Shown: piece after piece, positions 48,701 through 60,650 of the stretch
How the letters are laid out: each line of letters opens with the position of its first letter
Position numbering within the stretch: position 1 is the stretch's first letter
Source: Cyanophora paradoxa CCMP329
Lineage: Eukaryota > Plantae > Glaucophyta
Direction of reading: 5' to 3'
Length of the DNA: 64,000 bases
Assembly (NCBI GenBank): GCA_004431415.1
Contig: QPMI01000553.1
Span: 62,001-126,000, forward strand
The notes under the pieces: model-generated
Database searches by the model: none
What the model saw: only the letters and a program-made list of their open reading frames with translations
What the model was told of the DNA's origin: nothing
Made by a program: the position numbers and the translations under genes

Positions 48701-51568
48701 CGCGTATTCCGGCGTCCTCGAGGCCATCCGCGTCTCCCGCGCCGCGTACCCCAACCGCCTCCCCCACGCCGACTTCCTCCGCCGGTGCGATCCAATCTTA
48801 TACTTAGCTGAGATGCGATCCATCCAGCCCGGCCCGGCCCCTCTTAGCTTGGCTTCGCGCCCGCAGGTTCCTCCTTCTCTCCCGCGTCGCGTCTTCGGAG
48901 GAGGGCGGCCGGCTAGAGGACGCGTGCGCGGCGCTCCTGGGGCGGCTCCAGGTCACCCCCGCCGAGTTCCAGATGGGCCTCTCCAAAGTCTTCTTCCGCC
49001 CCGGCGTCGTCCGTCCCCTCTCTTTCCTGCTACTGGTACTAGTCCTTCTTCTTACTTTGCCGCAGCTCGAGAGGCTGGAGGGGCTGCGGCAGGCCAAGCA
49101 GGGGGCGCTCGCGCTCGTGATCCAAAGCCTCATGCGGGGCTACCTCGCCCGGGGCCGCTTCGTCCGCTGCCGCGAGGCGGCGCGCGCGATCCAGGCGGCC
49201 GCCCGGGGCGCCCTCGCGGCGCTCAAGTTCCGCCGCTTCCAATTCGCCTGCGTCGCCCTCCAGACCGGTGCGCCCCCGCCCCGCCGGCCCGTTCGTTTCC
49301 GGGGCCGGCGCTGAGCGCGCGGCAGCGCTGCGCGGGCGCGTGGCGCGGCGGGCGTACGGGGTGATGCTGCGGGCGCACAAGGCGACGGAGGTGCAGCGGA
49401 TGGTCCGCGGCTGGCTCGCGCGGCGGGCCTTCCGCCGGATGCACGCGGCCGCCTCGTCCATCCAGGCCGGTGCGTCAGCTGCCTGCTGGCCCCTCGTCCG
49501 CAGGCGCTGACGGCGGGGCGGGCGCAGTGGTGCGGGGCCGGCAGGAGCGGGGCCGCTACCAGCGGGCGGCGGCGGCGGCGCGGCGGCGGGCCAACCTGGA
49601 GCACCTGGTGGAGGACCTGCGGGCGGAGCTGGAGGCGGAGCGCGCCGCGCGCCTCGCCGCCGAGGCGCGCCTCGCGCAGGGCCCCGCGGCGGCCCCCGCG
49701 GCCCCAGCCGCACCGGCGGCGCCCGCAGCAGCAGCGCCGGCAGCGCCCGCGGCGGCGGCGGCGTCAAGCGAGGAGGCGATCGCGCTGCGGGCGGAGGTGC
49801 AGGCGCTGAAGCAGCGGCTGGCGGCGGCCGAGGCCGAGGCGGCGCGGCTCGCCGGCGAGGCGAGCGCGGCGCGGGCCGCGTCGGCGAAGGTGGACGAGGA
49901 GCGCGCAGCGCGCGACGCGGCGGAGGCGAAGCTGAGGGAGCTGCGGGCCAAGCTGGGGACCGCCGAGGCGCACGCGGCGAAGCTGACGGCGGAGGCGAGG
50001 GAGGCGCGGGCGGCGAACGTGCGGGCGACGGGCATGCTGGGCGAGCAGCAAGCCGAGCTGCGGGAGGTCCGGGCGCGCTTCAAGGCATCCGAGGCGCTCC
50101 GCTGGGAGCTCAAGAAGCAGGCGAGTTTTCTACCTGTCCTTCTCCCTTCTTCAAATTCAAATCCGATGATTCCGCCTTGCAGCTCGCGGTGTACGAGGGG
50201 TACGAGGTGATCGAGGACACGCGGCCTGCGAAGGCGCCCGCGGCGCGCGGCGGAGGGGCGGCAGGCGAGGCGGAGCGGAGTCGCCAGCAGCAGCAGGCCC
50301 CGCGGGGCGGGGCGTCGGGGCGGGGTGGGCCGCAGCAGCGGGCGCCGTCGGCGGCGGCGTCGGCGGCGGACCACGCGGCGGAGGATCCCCTTATGGCCGC
50401 CTTCAAGAAGGCGCACCAGTCCCCGCCGGCGCCCGCGCCGGCGCCGGGCCCCGCCCGCGCCGGGCCGCCCCCTCACGGAACACTTCGGCCACGTCCCTGG
50501 CGCCCCCCTCCCAGTCGCAGTCGCAGCCGCAGTCGCAGTCGCGCTCGCCGCAGCCGCACGCGCGGTCCCCGCAGCCCCAGCCGCACGGCGGCTCCCCGCC
50601 CTCTGCGAAGAAAGGGGCGAGCCGCCCTCGCCCCAGCCGGCCCCCGGCGCCCCGCGCACCGCCGGCGCCGGCGCCCCGCGGCCAAGGGCGCTTCGCCTCC
50701 TCGAAGGGCCAGCAGAGCTCCGCGGCGGCGGCCGCGGCGGCGGCGGCCGCGGCTGCGGACCCGCTGGCGGCGGCCGCGGGCCTCGCGAGGACAGCCTCAG
50801 CTGCCGCCCCGTCCGCTTCGGCCGCGCCGAGCGGGAAGCCGCGCCCGCCGCGGCTGCTGACGCTGGGCACGCGGGACGCGCCCCCGGCCGGCGTCGACCT
50901 GCGGCGGGACTACGAATTGGTCGGGCGCGAGGGCGGCAAGGTCACCTACGTTCGCGTCGACCGCAAGACGGCGGGGCCGGGGAGCCCGCCCCCGCCCGGC
51001 GTCAACCTCCAGGACTGGAGGGCTCTGAGTGCGCTTTCCCCCAATTATATCTTCCGCCCTCCCGCCAGCCCAGCGCGCCCCTTACTCCCCGGCAGCCGCG
51101 GGGGGTATGATGCAGCTCTTCGTTCGCAACGGGGTGGAGGAGGCGGCGGCGCCGGGGCGGCCGCCCCTCCCGCCCCTCATCGTCTCCGTGGCGGGCAAGG
51201 CCGCGCCCCCCGCCGGCGTCGACCTCGCAAAGGACTACGAGGCGAGGCCTTCTCTCTTTATTATTCACTGTTAAACTCTTCAGCTTGTTAACTTTGTTCT
51301 TTACACTTCCGCGCAGCTCGTGCACAAGGACGGGGCGCGGGCGACCTACGTGCGGGTGGACCAGGTGCGACTCCCCGGTCCCGCACAGGGCGCGGCTCGC
51401 CGAATCGACCACTGAAATTTGATCTTCAAATTTGATCTTCTCCAGGTGGAGGTGGACGCGGGCGAGTCGGTCCCTGCGACGCTGGACCTGCGCGCCTTCC
51501 GTGTCTTCGTGATGGGCGACGGCCTCGACATCCGCCGCACCTACCTCCGCCGCTTCGAGGGCGTGTAG
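45753..51568 (+). CDS. Myosin heavy chain B (SH3-like, motor, IQ motifs, coiled coil, Pro/Gln linker, repeat-containing tail)
   Basis: [85 protein letters not shown] motifs, coiled coil; ends [11 protein letters not shown] at 51568. Confidence 0.95.
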
Positions 51569-52098
51569 GCGTGGGCCCTCGACCCCTGAGGCCGCTTGTA
51601 GACGTAGCCGCTTCGAGGGCGTGTAGACGTGGGCCCTCCAGCTCGAGCTCGAGCTCGAGCTCGGGGATGCTGGGCCCTGATCACGGGGGCCAACCACCTG
51701 CTTTTCTTTTTGCAGCCGATCGCCGCTTTTTCTGATTGCCTCGCGATCGGTGCTTCGAGGGCGTCTAGATCCACTTGGCTAGCTAGCCCCAGAGCTAGCC
51801 GCGCCGGCGCCCCTTCTTTTTCACGCTTTGGATCACTAGAACTTGCTTCGCTTTTCCCTCTAGATCTAGAAGAATTCATGATCAATGTCACATTGTGGAT
51901 TTAGTCTGTATAATGTATTGTATAAACGTACAAGCTGAGAAGTAGCTGTGCATGTGTGTGTATGTGTGTTTACTCAGGAAATTTACAAGGCGAGGGCGGC
52001 GCGCGCGGGGCCGCGAGCGCCTGGCCGCGCATGCAGCGGCGGACTGAGGCTGCATGCGAGGCGGCGGGCCGGGGCGGCCGACTCCGAGGCTCAGCGGC

Positions 52099-53068
52099 TC
52101 AGCCGGTGAGGTCCGCCTCGCCGTAGTCGAGCTTGCGCTCCTTGGGCTTGGCCAGACGGTCGAAGAACTCGTCCCCCAGCTGCGAATGCAGCGATCAAAT
52201 TCCGTTGGATCAAATCTGAATTTGAATTTGAAATCCGACCGGACCTCGGAGCGGAAGCGGCTGGCGTCCACGCCCTCCGGCAGCGGGATCCGCCCGAGCT
52301 CCGGGGTCTGTTGCATGCGCAGGCGCACGGCGCGGCTCGGCGCCCGCGCAGGCTCGAGCTGAACGCGCGGAGCTCAGAGGCGCACGGAGATGTTGAAGGC
52401 GAGGGCCTTCTTGAAGTCGTCGCCCGTCCACTCGTTCCCGGGCTTGTTGAAGCATTCGGGCGCTGCGGCGACTGAGTCGAAGGCCCCCATGATCCCCACG
52501 GGCTCACTGCGGGCGGCCCGGAGCCACGTCAGCGCGAGGGCGAGCCGGCCGCGGGCGGGGCAGGGTTCAAATCCAAACGCTGCCGCACGTGGCACCCGTG
52601 GCGACGTCCTCCATAACGTCCATCGCCTCGTTCACGCCGCGCCGGATCTGCCCGTGGGCCCTCAACCAACGCGGGACCATTGGGCCGGCCGGCCGGCCTG
52701 GCCGCGCACCGCGCCCCAGTAGGTCTCGCTGCCCTTCGCCTCCTTCTTCTCGGGCATCGCTCCCATCCCCATGGCGTCCGACATCGAAGACTTCGCCTGG
52801 TTGTACGTCTGCGTTGCAATTGCCCGGCGGCCGTCAAGCCAAAGCAAGCAAAAAGGCAGGGCAGCTGCTCACGTCCCGTATCTCCTGCGTCGCGGAGGCC
52901 ATCATGCCTCTGGCCTTCGGGCGTTCGCCTGCACGCCGACGTGAGGACCAGATGCGCAAGGAGAGCCGGCGCTTGCTCACCTTCGCGGGGCGCCTGGCCC
53001 TCGCGCGGCGCCGGCGCCTTGCTCTCCTGCTGCGGAGGCGCACTCTCTCCATGGCGCTTCCTCTCCAT
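52099..53068 (-). CDS. Small hypothetical protein, 7 exons
   Basis: Phase-consistent splicing: MERKRHGES...TYNQAKSSMSDAMG...IRRGVNEAMDVMEDVATGATEPVGIMGAFDSVAAAPECFNKPGNEWTGDDFKKALAFNIS...LGDEFFDRLAKPKERKLDYGEADLTG*. Confidence 0.65.
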
Positions 53069-53627
53069 ATCTGAGCTGCGTGAGGCACCGCGCGCCGGAG
53101 CTCGGTCAACATTCGCTTCGGCAGCAACGGACCTCTAAGCGCATCGAGGCCGCTTTCTGCGCGCGTGAAAGAGAGAGATCGAGTATTTCAGCCGCGTACA
53201 CGTTAAAGGCAGCGCGCCGGGGCGCGCGGCGCTGCGCGCGCGTCGCGTCGCGGCGAACAGAGCTCGAGGCGCCCGAAACCGGATCCGAAGCTCACGCTCT
53301 CGCTACGGGCTCGGGGACGAACCACCTGCATAGAACGGGCGAGTTAGGCTCGGGGCGAAAGGCCGGAATCGATATCCCGGGAGCCGGGGAGAGCCGGTCG
53401 CGGGAAAGCCGCAATTTTCCCGGCGGAGAGCGAATCGCACGCACTCGGTTGGGGCTTGACTCGCTCGCGCTCCTGCGCCGGCGGCTCCTGGATTTTCTCC
53501 ATCTTGTCGGCGATGTGACGTGCGGGTACAGACACACAGCGCCGACTCGTCCCCCCCCCCTCCCGGCTACTTTCGGAGCGACCCACCGGCACTAGCTAGG
53601 CACGCGGCGGACGCAGGCGGCGGCGGC

Positions 53628-54470
53628 ATGGATCCAGATGAGATGGCGGAGCTGCAGGGCGGCTCGGCGGACAGCGCCGTGCTGCAGTTCGCCACCTACG
53701 AGGACTACCTGGACTCCCAGATCACATCGACGGACCTGTACTATCTAGAGGATGAGGACCTTGCCCGGCAGCTCGTGGAGCTCGGCTATCGCGGCAGCGG
53801 CGAGATCCTGAAGCGGGAGGAGTTCGAGGCCCGCAAACGGGTGCGCCGCCGCGCCGCCGTGCCGCCGCGCCGCCTGGCCTTTGCCAACGTCGTGCGCAGG
53901 CAGCAGAGAACGCCAGGCTATCGAAGCTCAACAACGCGCCCAAGCAGCTGGCGAGCTTCGGCAAGGATCTGTCTGCATTCCCGTTCCTGCAGGCCCTGGC
54001 CGACCGCGAGAAGATGGTGCGCAACGGGAAGCTCACGGTGAGCGCTTTCATCGATGCGCTGCGCCCCCGGCGCGTCCCGTCGCTGACGCGGCCCCGCGCA
54101 GTCCATCATCTTCATTCGGGACAGGAACAGCAAGGGCCAGGAGGTCAGCGGCTACATAGACTACGCGCATCGGCTGAAGACGGAGAACTTCGAGCCGTAC
54201 TTCGACCGCAAGAAGCGGCTGATGCCGAAGCCGACGGACCTGAGCTTCTACAACTGGGAGACGCAGACGTCGACGTCGAACCACTCGGCCAACTTCCAGG
54301 TTATCGCGGACAACGAGGCGGGGCTCCTGTTCAAGAACAAGCGTGACCGCAAGGTCATCAACGTCGACCCGAAGGCGAACCCGGGCGACAACTCGCGGCG
54401 GGTGGAGATCAAGACGACCGAGTACATCCAGGTAGTCATCTACGACCACGTCACGAGGAGAAAGAGCTGA
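53628..54470 (+). CDS. CFAP299: Cilia- and flagella-associated protein 299 (C4orf22/DUF4464 family), 3 exons
   Basis: [45 protein letters not shown]; [25 protein letters not shown]; DLSFYNW; [17 protein letters not shown]; [15 protein letters not shown]. Confidence 0.95.
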
Positions 54471-54930
54471 TGCCGCTTCGGCGGCGTTGTAGGCAGGCCT
54501 AGAGACGCGTTAGCGCAGGACAGTGTACAGTCTAATGGTCAGAGGCTCAGAGCAGCTGCAGCCTGCAGGGGCCATGGCCAGGTGCTTGGCTAGCGCTCGG
54601 CTCAGGGCCCAGTCAGGGAACTGGGAAGCTTAACGTAAAGGCCACGTTTCTAGGATATCGATGGCCATGGTACCGGTATTCATACATGCACTCACATGCT
54701 ACAAGTTGCCAGCGGGGCGCTGGCCAACGTGAAATGGATCGAAGTCAACCTAGGCCTAGCCTAGTAGACTGTGCTTATCCTACTACGAATCATGATCACA
54801 GCAACTGTCACAAAGTGTCCTTCTGCCTCGGGGCCCCCCTCTCGCATAGCGGAGGGCCACCAACGAATGAGATCTAAAGAAGCGGCGCGGCCGCGTCCCG
54901 AAACCGAGACGCAGCCGCTCGCGACCGCGC

Positions 54931-57900
54931 CTATCGCTGCGTGTCGTCGCCGTAGCGCGTCGAGAAGAACTTGGCGAAGGCCTAGGGGGGGGGGGGGGGG
55001 GGGGGGCGCGGAAAGTGAGCCGTACAGCAAAACAGAACGCGGCGAGAAGGGGGTACGGACGCACCCAGTCAGCGACGCTCCTGCGCGACGTCTCGGGCGC
55101 GGGGTCGTAGTCCTACGCAGAGGAGGCCGTGAGCCGCCAAACGAACATGCATTCGAGACAGGCCACGCAAGCAAGCAAGGCAGCGCCCGTACCCGGACGA
55201 GGTCGGGGCGGACGGCGGCGAGGGCCTGCCGAATCTCGCTGTACTTGGTCTGCCAGAGCGCCGCCTTCTCCGAGGCCGTGTCGGCGATCGAGCGCGTCTC
55301 GCGGAACTGCTCCTTCGCCTTCTGCAGCTCGGTCGAGATCCGCGCGTGCTCCTCCCGCGTCTCGTCCAGCTCCTCCTTCAGCGACATCTGCGGATAGATA
55401 GATCAGAGGGGCAGAGAAGAGAGGTCGAAGCAGCGGGGACGAGTGGAGCTCGCCTTCTCGCGGGTGAGGCGGTCGACGGTGGCGTCTAGGGAGAGGTGCG
55501 CCCCCTGGCCCTTCATGATCCGGCTCCACGCCGCCTGCTCGTCCTCCTCCTCCGCGTTCGCGACGGTGTCCACCCACTCGCTCTCCTCCGCCCCGTTCTC
55601 GCCCTTCTTCCCCGCGGTCTCCGCCACCGCCTTGAGCAGCGCCGCGCGGTCCGGCGGCCGCCGGTCGAGCTCGGCCTCGAGGTCCTTGATGCGGGACTTG
55701 AGGGTCTCGGTCTGCTTGCGGAGCGCCTTGCTCTCGTCCTCGGCGCTCTTGCGGGCCTCGGCGATCTCGCGGATGACCTGGCGCAGCTGCATGCCCTCCT
55801 CCGTGAGGTTCTGGCCCCGCGGGGTCGTCAACGGCAACCCGCCCGGCATCGGCATCGGCGGGAAGCCGCCGGCGCCGCCGCCCGACTCGCGCCCGGGCGC
55901 CGCCGCCGCGCCGCCAGCAGCCGGCCGCGCCGCCAGCTGGGCGCGGAGGGCCTGGACCTCGGCCTGGAGCGCGTCGCGGGCCTTGGTCGCCGTGATGAGG
56001 TCGGCCTCGGCGACGGCGCCGCGCCGCTCCGCCTCGTCCCGCTTGGCTGAGGCCTCGTCCGCCATCTTCATCGCCTCGTCGTACTGCTCCTTGAGCTCCT
56101 CCACCTCCGTCTCCAGCGACAGCAGCCGCGACGCCGTCGCCGTCTCGTCCGCCACGCGCGCCGTCCGCGCCCCCGCCAGCTCCTTCTCCGTCGACGCCGC
56201 CGACGCCTTGGCCGCGTCCAGCTGCTTCTGGAGCTCCGCCGCCGCCGCCTGCGCAGCCTCCACCTGCTTGCGCAGCTCGGCCGCCGCCGCCTCGCCGGAC
56301 GCCGCTGCCTTGGCCGTCGACTCCTTGGACTCCTCCAGCGCGGCGCGCGCCGCCTCGGCCTCCTTGCGGGCCGCGTCGAGCTCGGCGCGGAGCTGCTCGG
56401 CCGCCGCGTCGGCGGCGGCGCGCGCCTCCTTCTCCGCTTTGAGCTCCGCCTCGAGGTCCTCGACCTTGTGCTCCAGCTGCGCCTTCCTCCGCACGACCGT
56501 CACCTCCCGCAGGTACCGCGCCTTCTGCTGCCGGCCCCGCACGACTGTGCCGCCCCGCCCGCCCGCCCCGCGTCAGCGACGGCCAGCGCGCCGCGCCGCG
56601 CCGCGTCGCGTGCGCACCGGCCTGGATCTTGGCGGCGGCGGCGCGCGTCGTGTTGTAGACCTTGCGCCGCAGGTACGAGCGCACGGCCTTCTGGATGAGC
56701 GTCGCCTTGTGGTGCCGCAGCCTGTCGGCGTAGCGCCGCCGCGCCATGCAGCCGCGGAACACTGCCCCGCCGCTCGCTCAGCACGGGACCGTCGGGCCGC
56801 CAACCGGCGGGCGGGGCTGTGGCGCACCGGCCTGGATGGCGACGCACGCCCGGTGGATGCGCTGGAACTTGGCCCGCGCGAGGTGCCTCCGCGTCGCTGT
56901 GCCGGTATCAGCGAAGTGCCGCAGCGCGGCGGGCGCGGCCGGCAAGCTCACCGGCCTGCATCTTGCGCGCCGCCTCGCGGGCGCGGAGGAAGCGGCCACG
57001 GGCGAGGTGCATGCGCGCGACGCGCTGGATGACGACGGCCAGCACGGACTGCTTCTCGTTTCTCATCTGCTCCAGGTGCTCCAGCTGCAAGGCCGATTGA
57101 GGCGGGGCCGAAAGGCAGCGGAACAGGGGCTCGAGCTCCGAGTGCGTACCACGCCCTGGCGGAAGAAGACCTTGCTGAGGCCGATTTGGTAGCGGTCCTT
57201 CTCGAGGGCGAGGCGCGACAGCAGCGACTCGCACGCGGCCTTGACCTCCTGAGCAGACTTCTCGCTGTCCTTGAGGCCCGCAAGCACTTTGAACCTGGAG
57301 ATTCGATGTGAGCAGCGGCGGCGGAGGAGGCGCGTGCACGCGGGAGGGCGGGGGGGGGGCGGCACCGGCGCAGGAAGTCGACGTGGGGGAGACGGTTGGG
57401 GTAGGCGGCGCGGGAGACGCGGACGGCCTCGAGGACGCCGGAGTACGCGAGCTGCGAGGCGACGAAGCGCTGCTCGAAGACCTCGGCCGTGTTCACGGTG
57501 TTCGGCTTGATGCAGCGGATGTAGTGGAGGGCGGTCGCGCCGATGCGCTGCATCAGCGAGTTAAGCTGCTCCTTGAACTGCGAGCCGACCGTCATGTACA
57601 GGATCGAGCGCTTCGTGTTGGCCACGTCCGTCGGGAACTCCGCCGCCGGGAAGAGGCCCGCCACGAACTGCCACTGCAGCTGCTGCATCAGCTTGATCGT
57701 GTCCGGGTGCAGCGAGTCCTTGTTCTTCTCCAGGAAGCCCGCCGTCTCGTAGATCACCTGCCGCCCCGCGTCGGCCCCCGCCCTGGCCCCCCGCCCCCGC
57801 CCGCCCCGCGCACGTCGCCGGCGTAGTGCTTGACGGTGAACGCCGTGCTGCTCATCCGCGGCTTGTCGAAGTACCTGCGGTCCCGCGTCGGCGTGCGGGC

Positions 57901-60393
57901 CCGTGCCCTACAGCGCGCGGCGCGCACCGGTTGCCCTGGTGCGTCTTCTGGACCTTGGCTGCGAAGGTGCGGTCCGACGCCTTCGGGAAGACGCACTCCT
58001 CGTCCAGCAGGCAGAAAACGCCCATCGGACGCTAAAGCGCAAGTCAGAGCACCGAAAGAGGGCGGGGTAGGCGCCGCCGACCTTCTCGAGCATGTCAAGG
58101 CAGTCCTGATTGTCTACGAACTCGATGAACTGCGCTCAGTTGTCAAGAAGTGGCCCACAACAGACAAACTGGGACCCAGCGCACCGCCCAGTCGATCTTT
58201 TCCCGAGAGTACTCCTCCTGCTCCATCTTAAACACGTGCTGGTTGAACTGCTGCTGCAGCTTCTCCTGCGCCCCGCCGCCCCCAAGCCGCCGTTAGCGGC
58301 GAGCGCCCGACCCCAGCCCACCCCGGGCCCCGCGCACGTTCGCGAAGTTGATGCACAGCTGCTCGAAGCTGTTGACCTGTGGGCGGGGTGAGCTCGGCGG
58401 AACTCGAGCTCGCGCGGGGGGCGCCGGCGGACCTTGAACGACTCGAAGCCGAAGATGTCGAGGATGCCGATGAAGGCGACCGTCTTCTCGTCGTTCCGGA
58501 TGCACTTGTTGATCCGCTGCACGAGCCACTCGAAGAGCCGCCCGTACAGTGCCTTCGCGAGCGCGTCGCGGGCCTCGACAGCCTGGTCCATCGTGTGCTC
58601 GATCGTGTACCACTCGCCACCGGCGAAGATGCGGCGCGAGCAGAAGACTGTCGTCAGCTCCTCCTCGGTGCAGCCGAGCAGCTCCGCCACCCGCTTCAGC
58701 GCCGCGCCGTCGTCGACCACCACCGCGTCCTCCTTCGCCGGGTCCGGCTTGAAGGTCACCTCGCCGAGGTTCAGCACCGTCGCCACCACCCGCAGCGCCT
58801 CCATCTGCTCCTCCTCCGTGATCCCCACCACGCCCATCGCCCGCTGCGCGAGCCGCGGGTCAGCGGCTGTTCATTCTCCGCCTGACCGGAGCCAGCGCGC
58901 ACCCTCGTCTTGGCGAACTCGTCCGCTTCCGACAGGCCGGGGATGGACACGCAGCCGCTGCCCTTTAAATAGACGAACTCTTCCGGCTTCCGCAGGTGCA
59001 GTTTGGCTGCCGCCCCGGCCGCGTCAGGACCCCCGAGCGCTCGGCGCGGCGCGCGCGACGCACCGCGCTCCTCATCCGATGCGCCGGCGCACAGCTGGTA
59101 AAAGATGTGGTAGTTGCGCTCGCCCTGAGCCTGGGCGATGACTCGCGACTTCTCCAGCAGGTCTGCGCGGGAGCCGATCACTGGCAAACAAGAGCGGGGC
59201 CGGCGGGGCTAACGCACAGGTTTGGATGCTCGCGCCAGCGACCTTCCAGTCTTTGTCGAACTGGATTTCAATGAACTTGCCCTGCAGAAGCCTTCGTTTA
59301 TTCCTTCAGAAAGAAGGAAAGAGAGAAAGCGACGCACGAAGCGAGAGGAGTTGTCGTTGCGGAGCGTCTTCGCGTTACCGAAGGCTGCACAGGGCGCAAG
59401 CCTTTCAGCTAAACTCATACACAGCGTATCTGCTCCAGCGCGCACCTTCCAAGATCGGATTCGACTCCAGCACCTGCTGAGCCACGCGGTTGGGCCCCTG
59501 ACCGGAGCCTGAGATCGACGCCAGGTACTGCATGCACAGCTTCGTCGTCTCTGTCTTTCCGGCACCCGATTCGCCGCTGCGCGCCGCGCTCAGCAGCCGC
59601 CCGCACAAGAACACACGGTCGCGGCGCCGCGCACCTGACGAGGATCGACTGGCTCTTGCGGTCTGCGGCGCAACGAGGAGGGCGCGGCGGAGACAAGTTA
59701 GCTAAAGAGCGGCGGTGCGCAGGTCGCGGCAGCGGTCCGGGCCGCACCTTTGGTCATCTGGCGGAAGGCCAGGTCCGTGTTCGCGAAGACGTGCGGCTTG
59801 CAGTCCCCGAGCTCGCGGCCGCGGTACAGCTCGACCATGTCGTTGCCGTACAGGGGAAGCCATTTGAACGGGTTCACGGCGATGAGGATCCGCCCGGTGA
59901 AGGTCTACGGGAGACGTCAAACTTCTCGTTTTCGCGACGCGCTTGGCGGCGGAGGAGCGCACATAGACTTCGTTCTTCTCGAAGCGCATCTGCACGTTGT
60001 GCAGGATAGCGGGCGCGTGCAGGTAGTTAAGCGTGCACATGTCGTCCACATCCGGCCCCTCGTTCTGTAGCGGCAGGTCCGCGGTGACCGCCGTGCGCTC
60101 CTGCCGACGGCCCGAGCGGCGGCCGAGTGAGAAGAAAGAACCAGCGACCCGCACGACAGCGTGCGGCGCGGCACGGACCTCGCCGTTGTCGAGCTTCACC
60201 TTGCACTTGCCGCCCGCCATCACCTCGGTGATCTCCGCGACGACCCATGCCACTTTCTCGTCCTCCACCTTCACCCAGACCTTCGTGCCTGCGGTCGGGC
60301 GGGTCAGCGGCGCGGCCGTGTGAACCTCGGCGACGGCACAAGGACGGCCGCCGCTCAAGGTCGAGGGGCCGCACCCTCGTGAACAGAGGCCAT
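54931..60393 (-). CDS. Myosin heavy chain C (SH3-like, motor, IQ motifs, long coiled-coil tail, no obvious DIL domain)
   Basis: MASVHEG|[11 protein letters not shown]..., all motor motifs as in A and B, IQ motifs, coiled coil (ORF 55403-56542); ends [16 protein letters not shown]. Confidence 0.95.
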
Positions 60394-60650
60394 AGTTGCA
60401 CTGCAGCTCGGCGGCTGCACGCGCTGGCGCCGCGGCGCAGAGGAGAACGGCGGCTGGAGGCCTCAGCCAGGGGGGGTGAACTTTGGGGGAGGAAACACGT
60501 GAGGGGTACGGAGAGCTGGGTAAGCGAGGCCGATCCGTGGCCTGCGCGTACAGGAACCGTCGTCTCTAGTTCCCCCGGTGTTATCGAACCCAAATCAGTC
60601 TCATCTGCGTCCGCCGCTAGTACCTCTGCAACTTTCCCCGGGCTCGAAGT

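Noticed and set aside
51548-51640. Repeated gccgcttcgagggcgtgtag at the myosin B stop (array or alternative terminus?)
   Set aside because: Only a short local duplication in the 3' UTR, with no regular repeat-spacer structure. No CRISPR-like array, rRNA or tRNA was recognised anywhere in the window.
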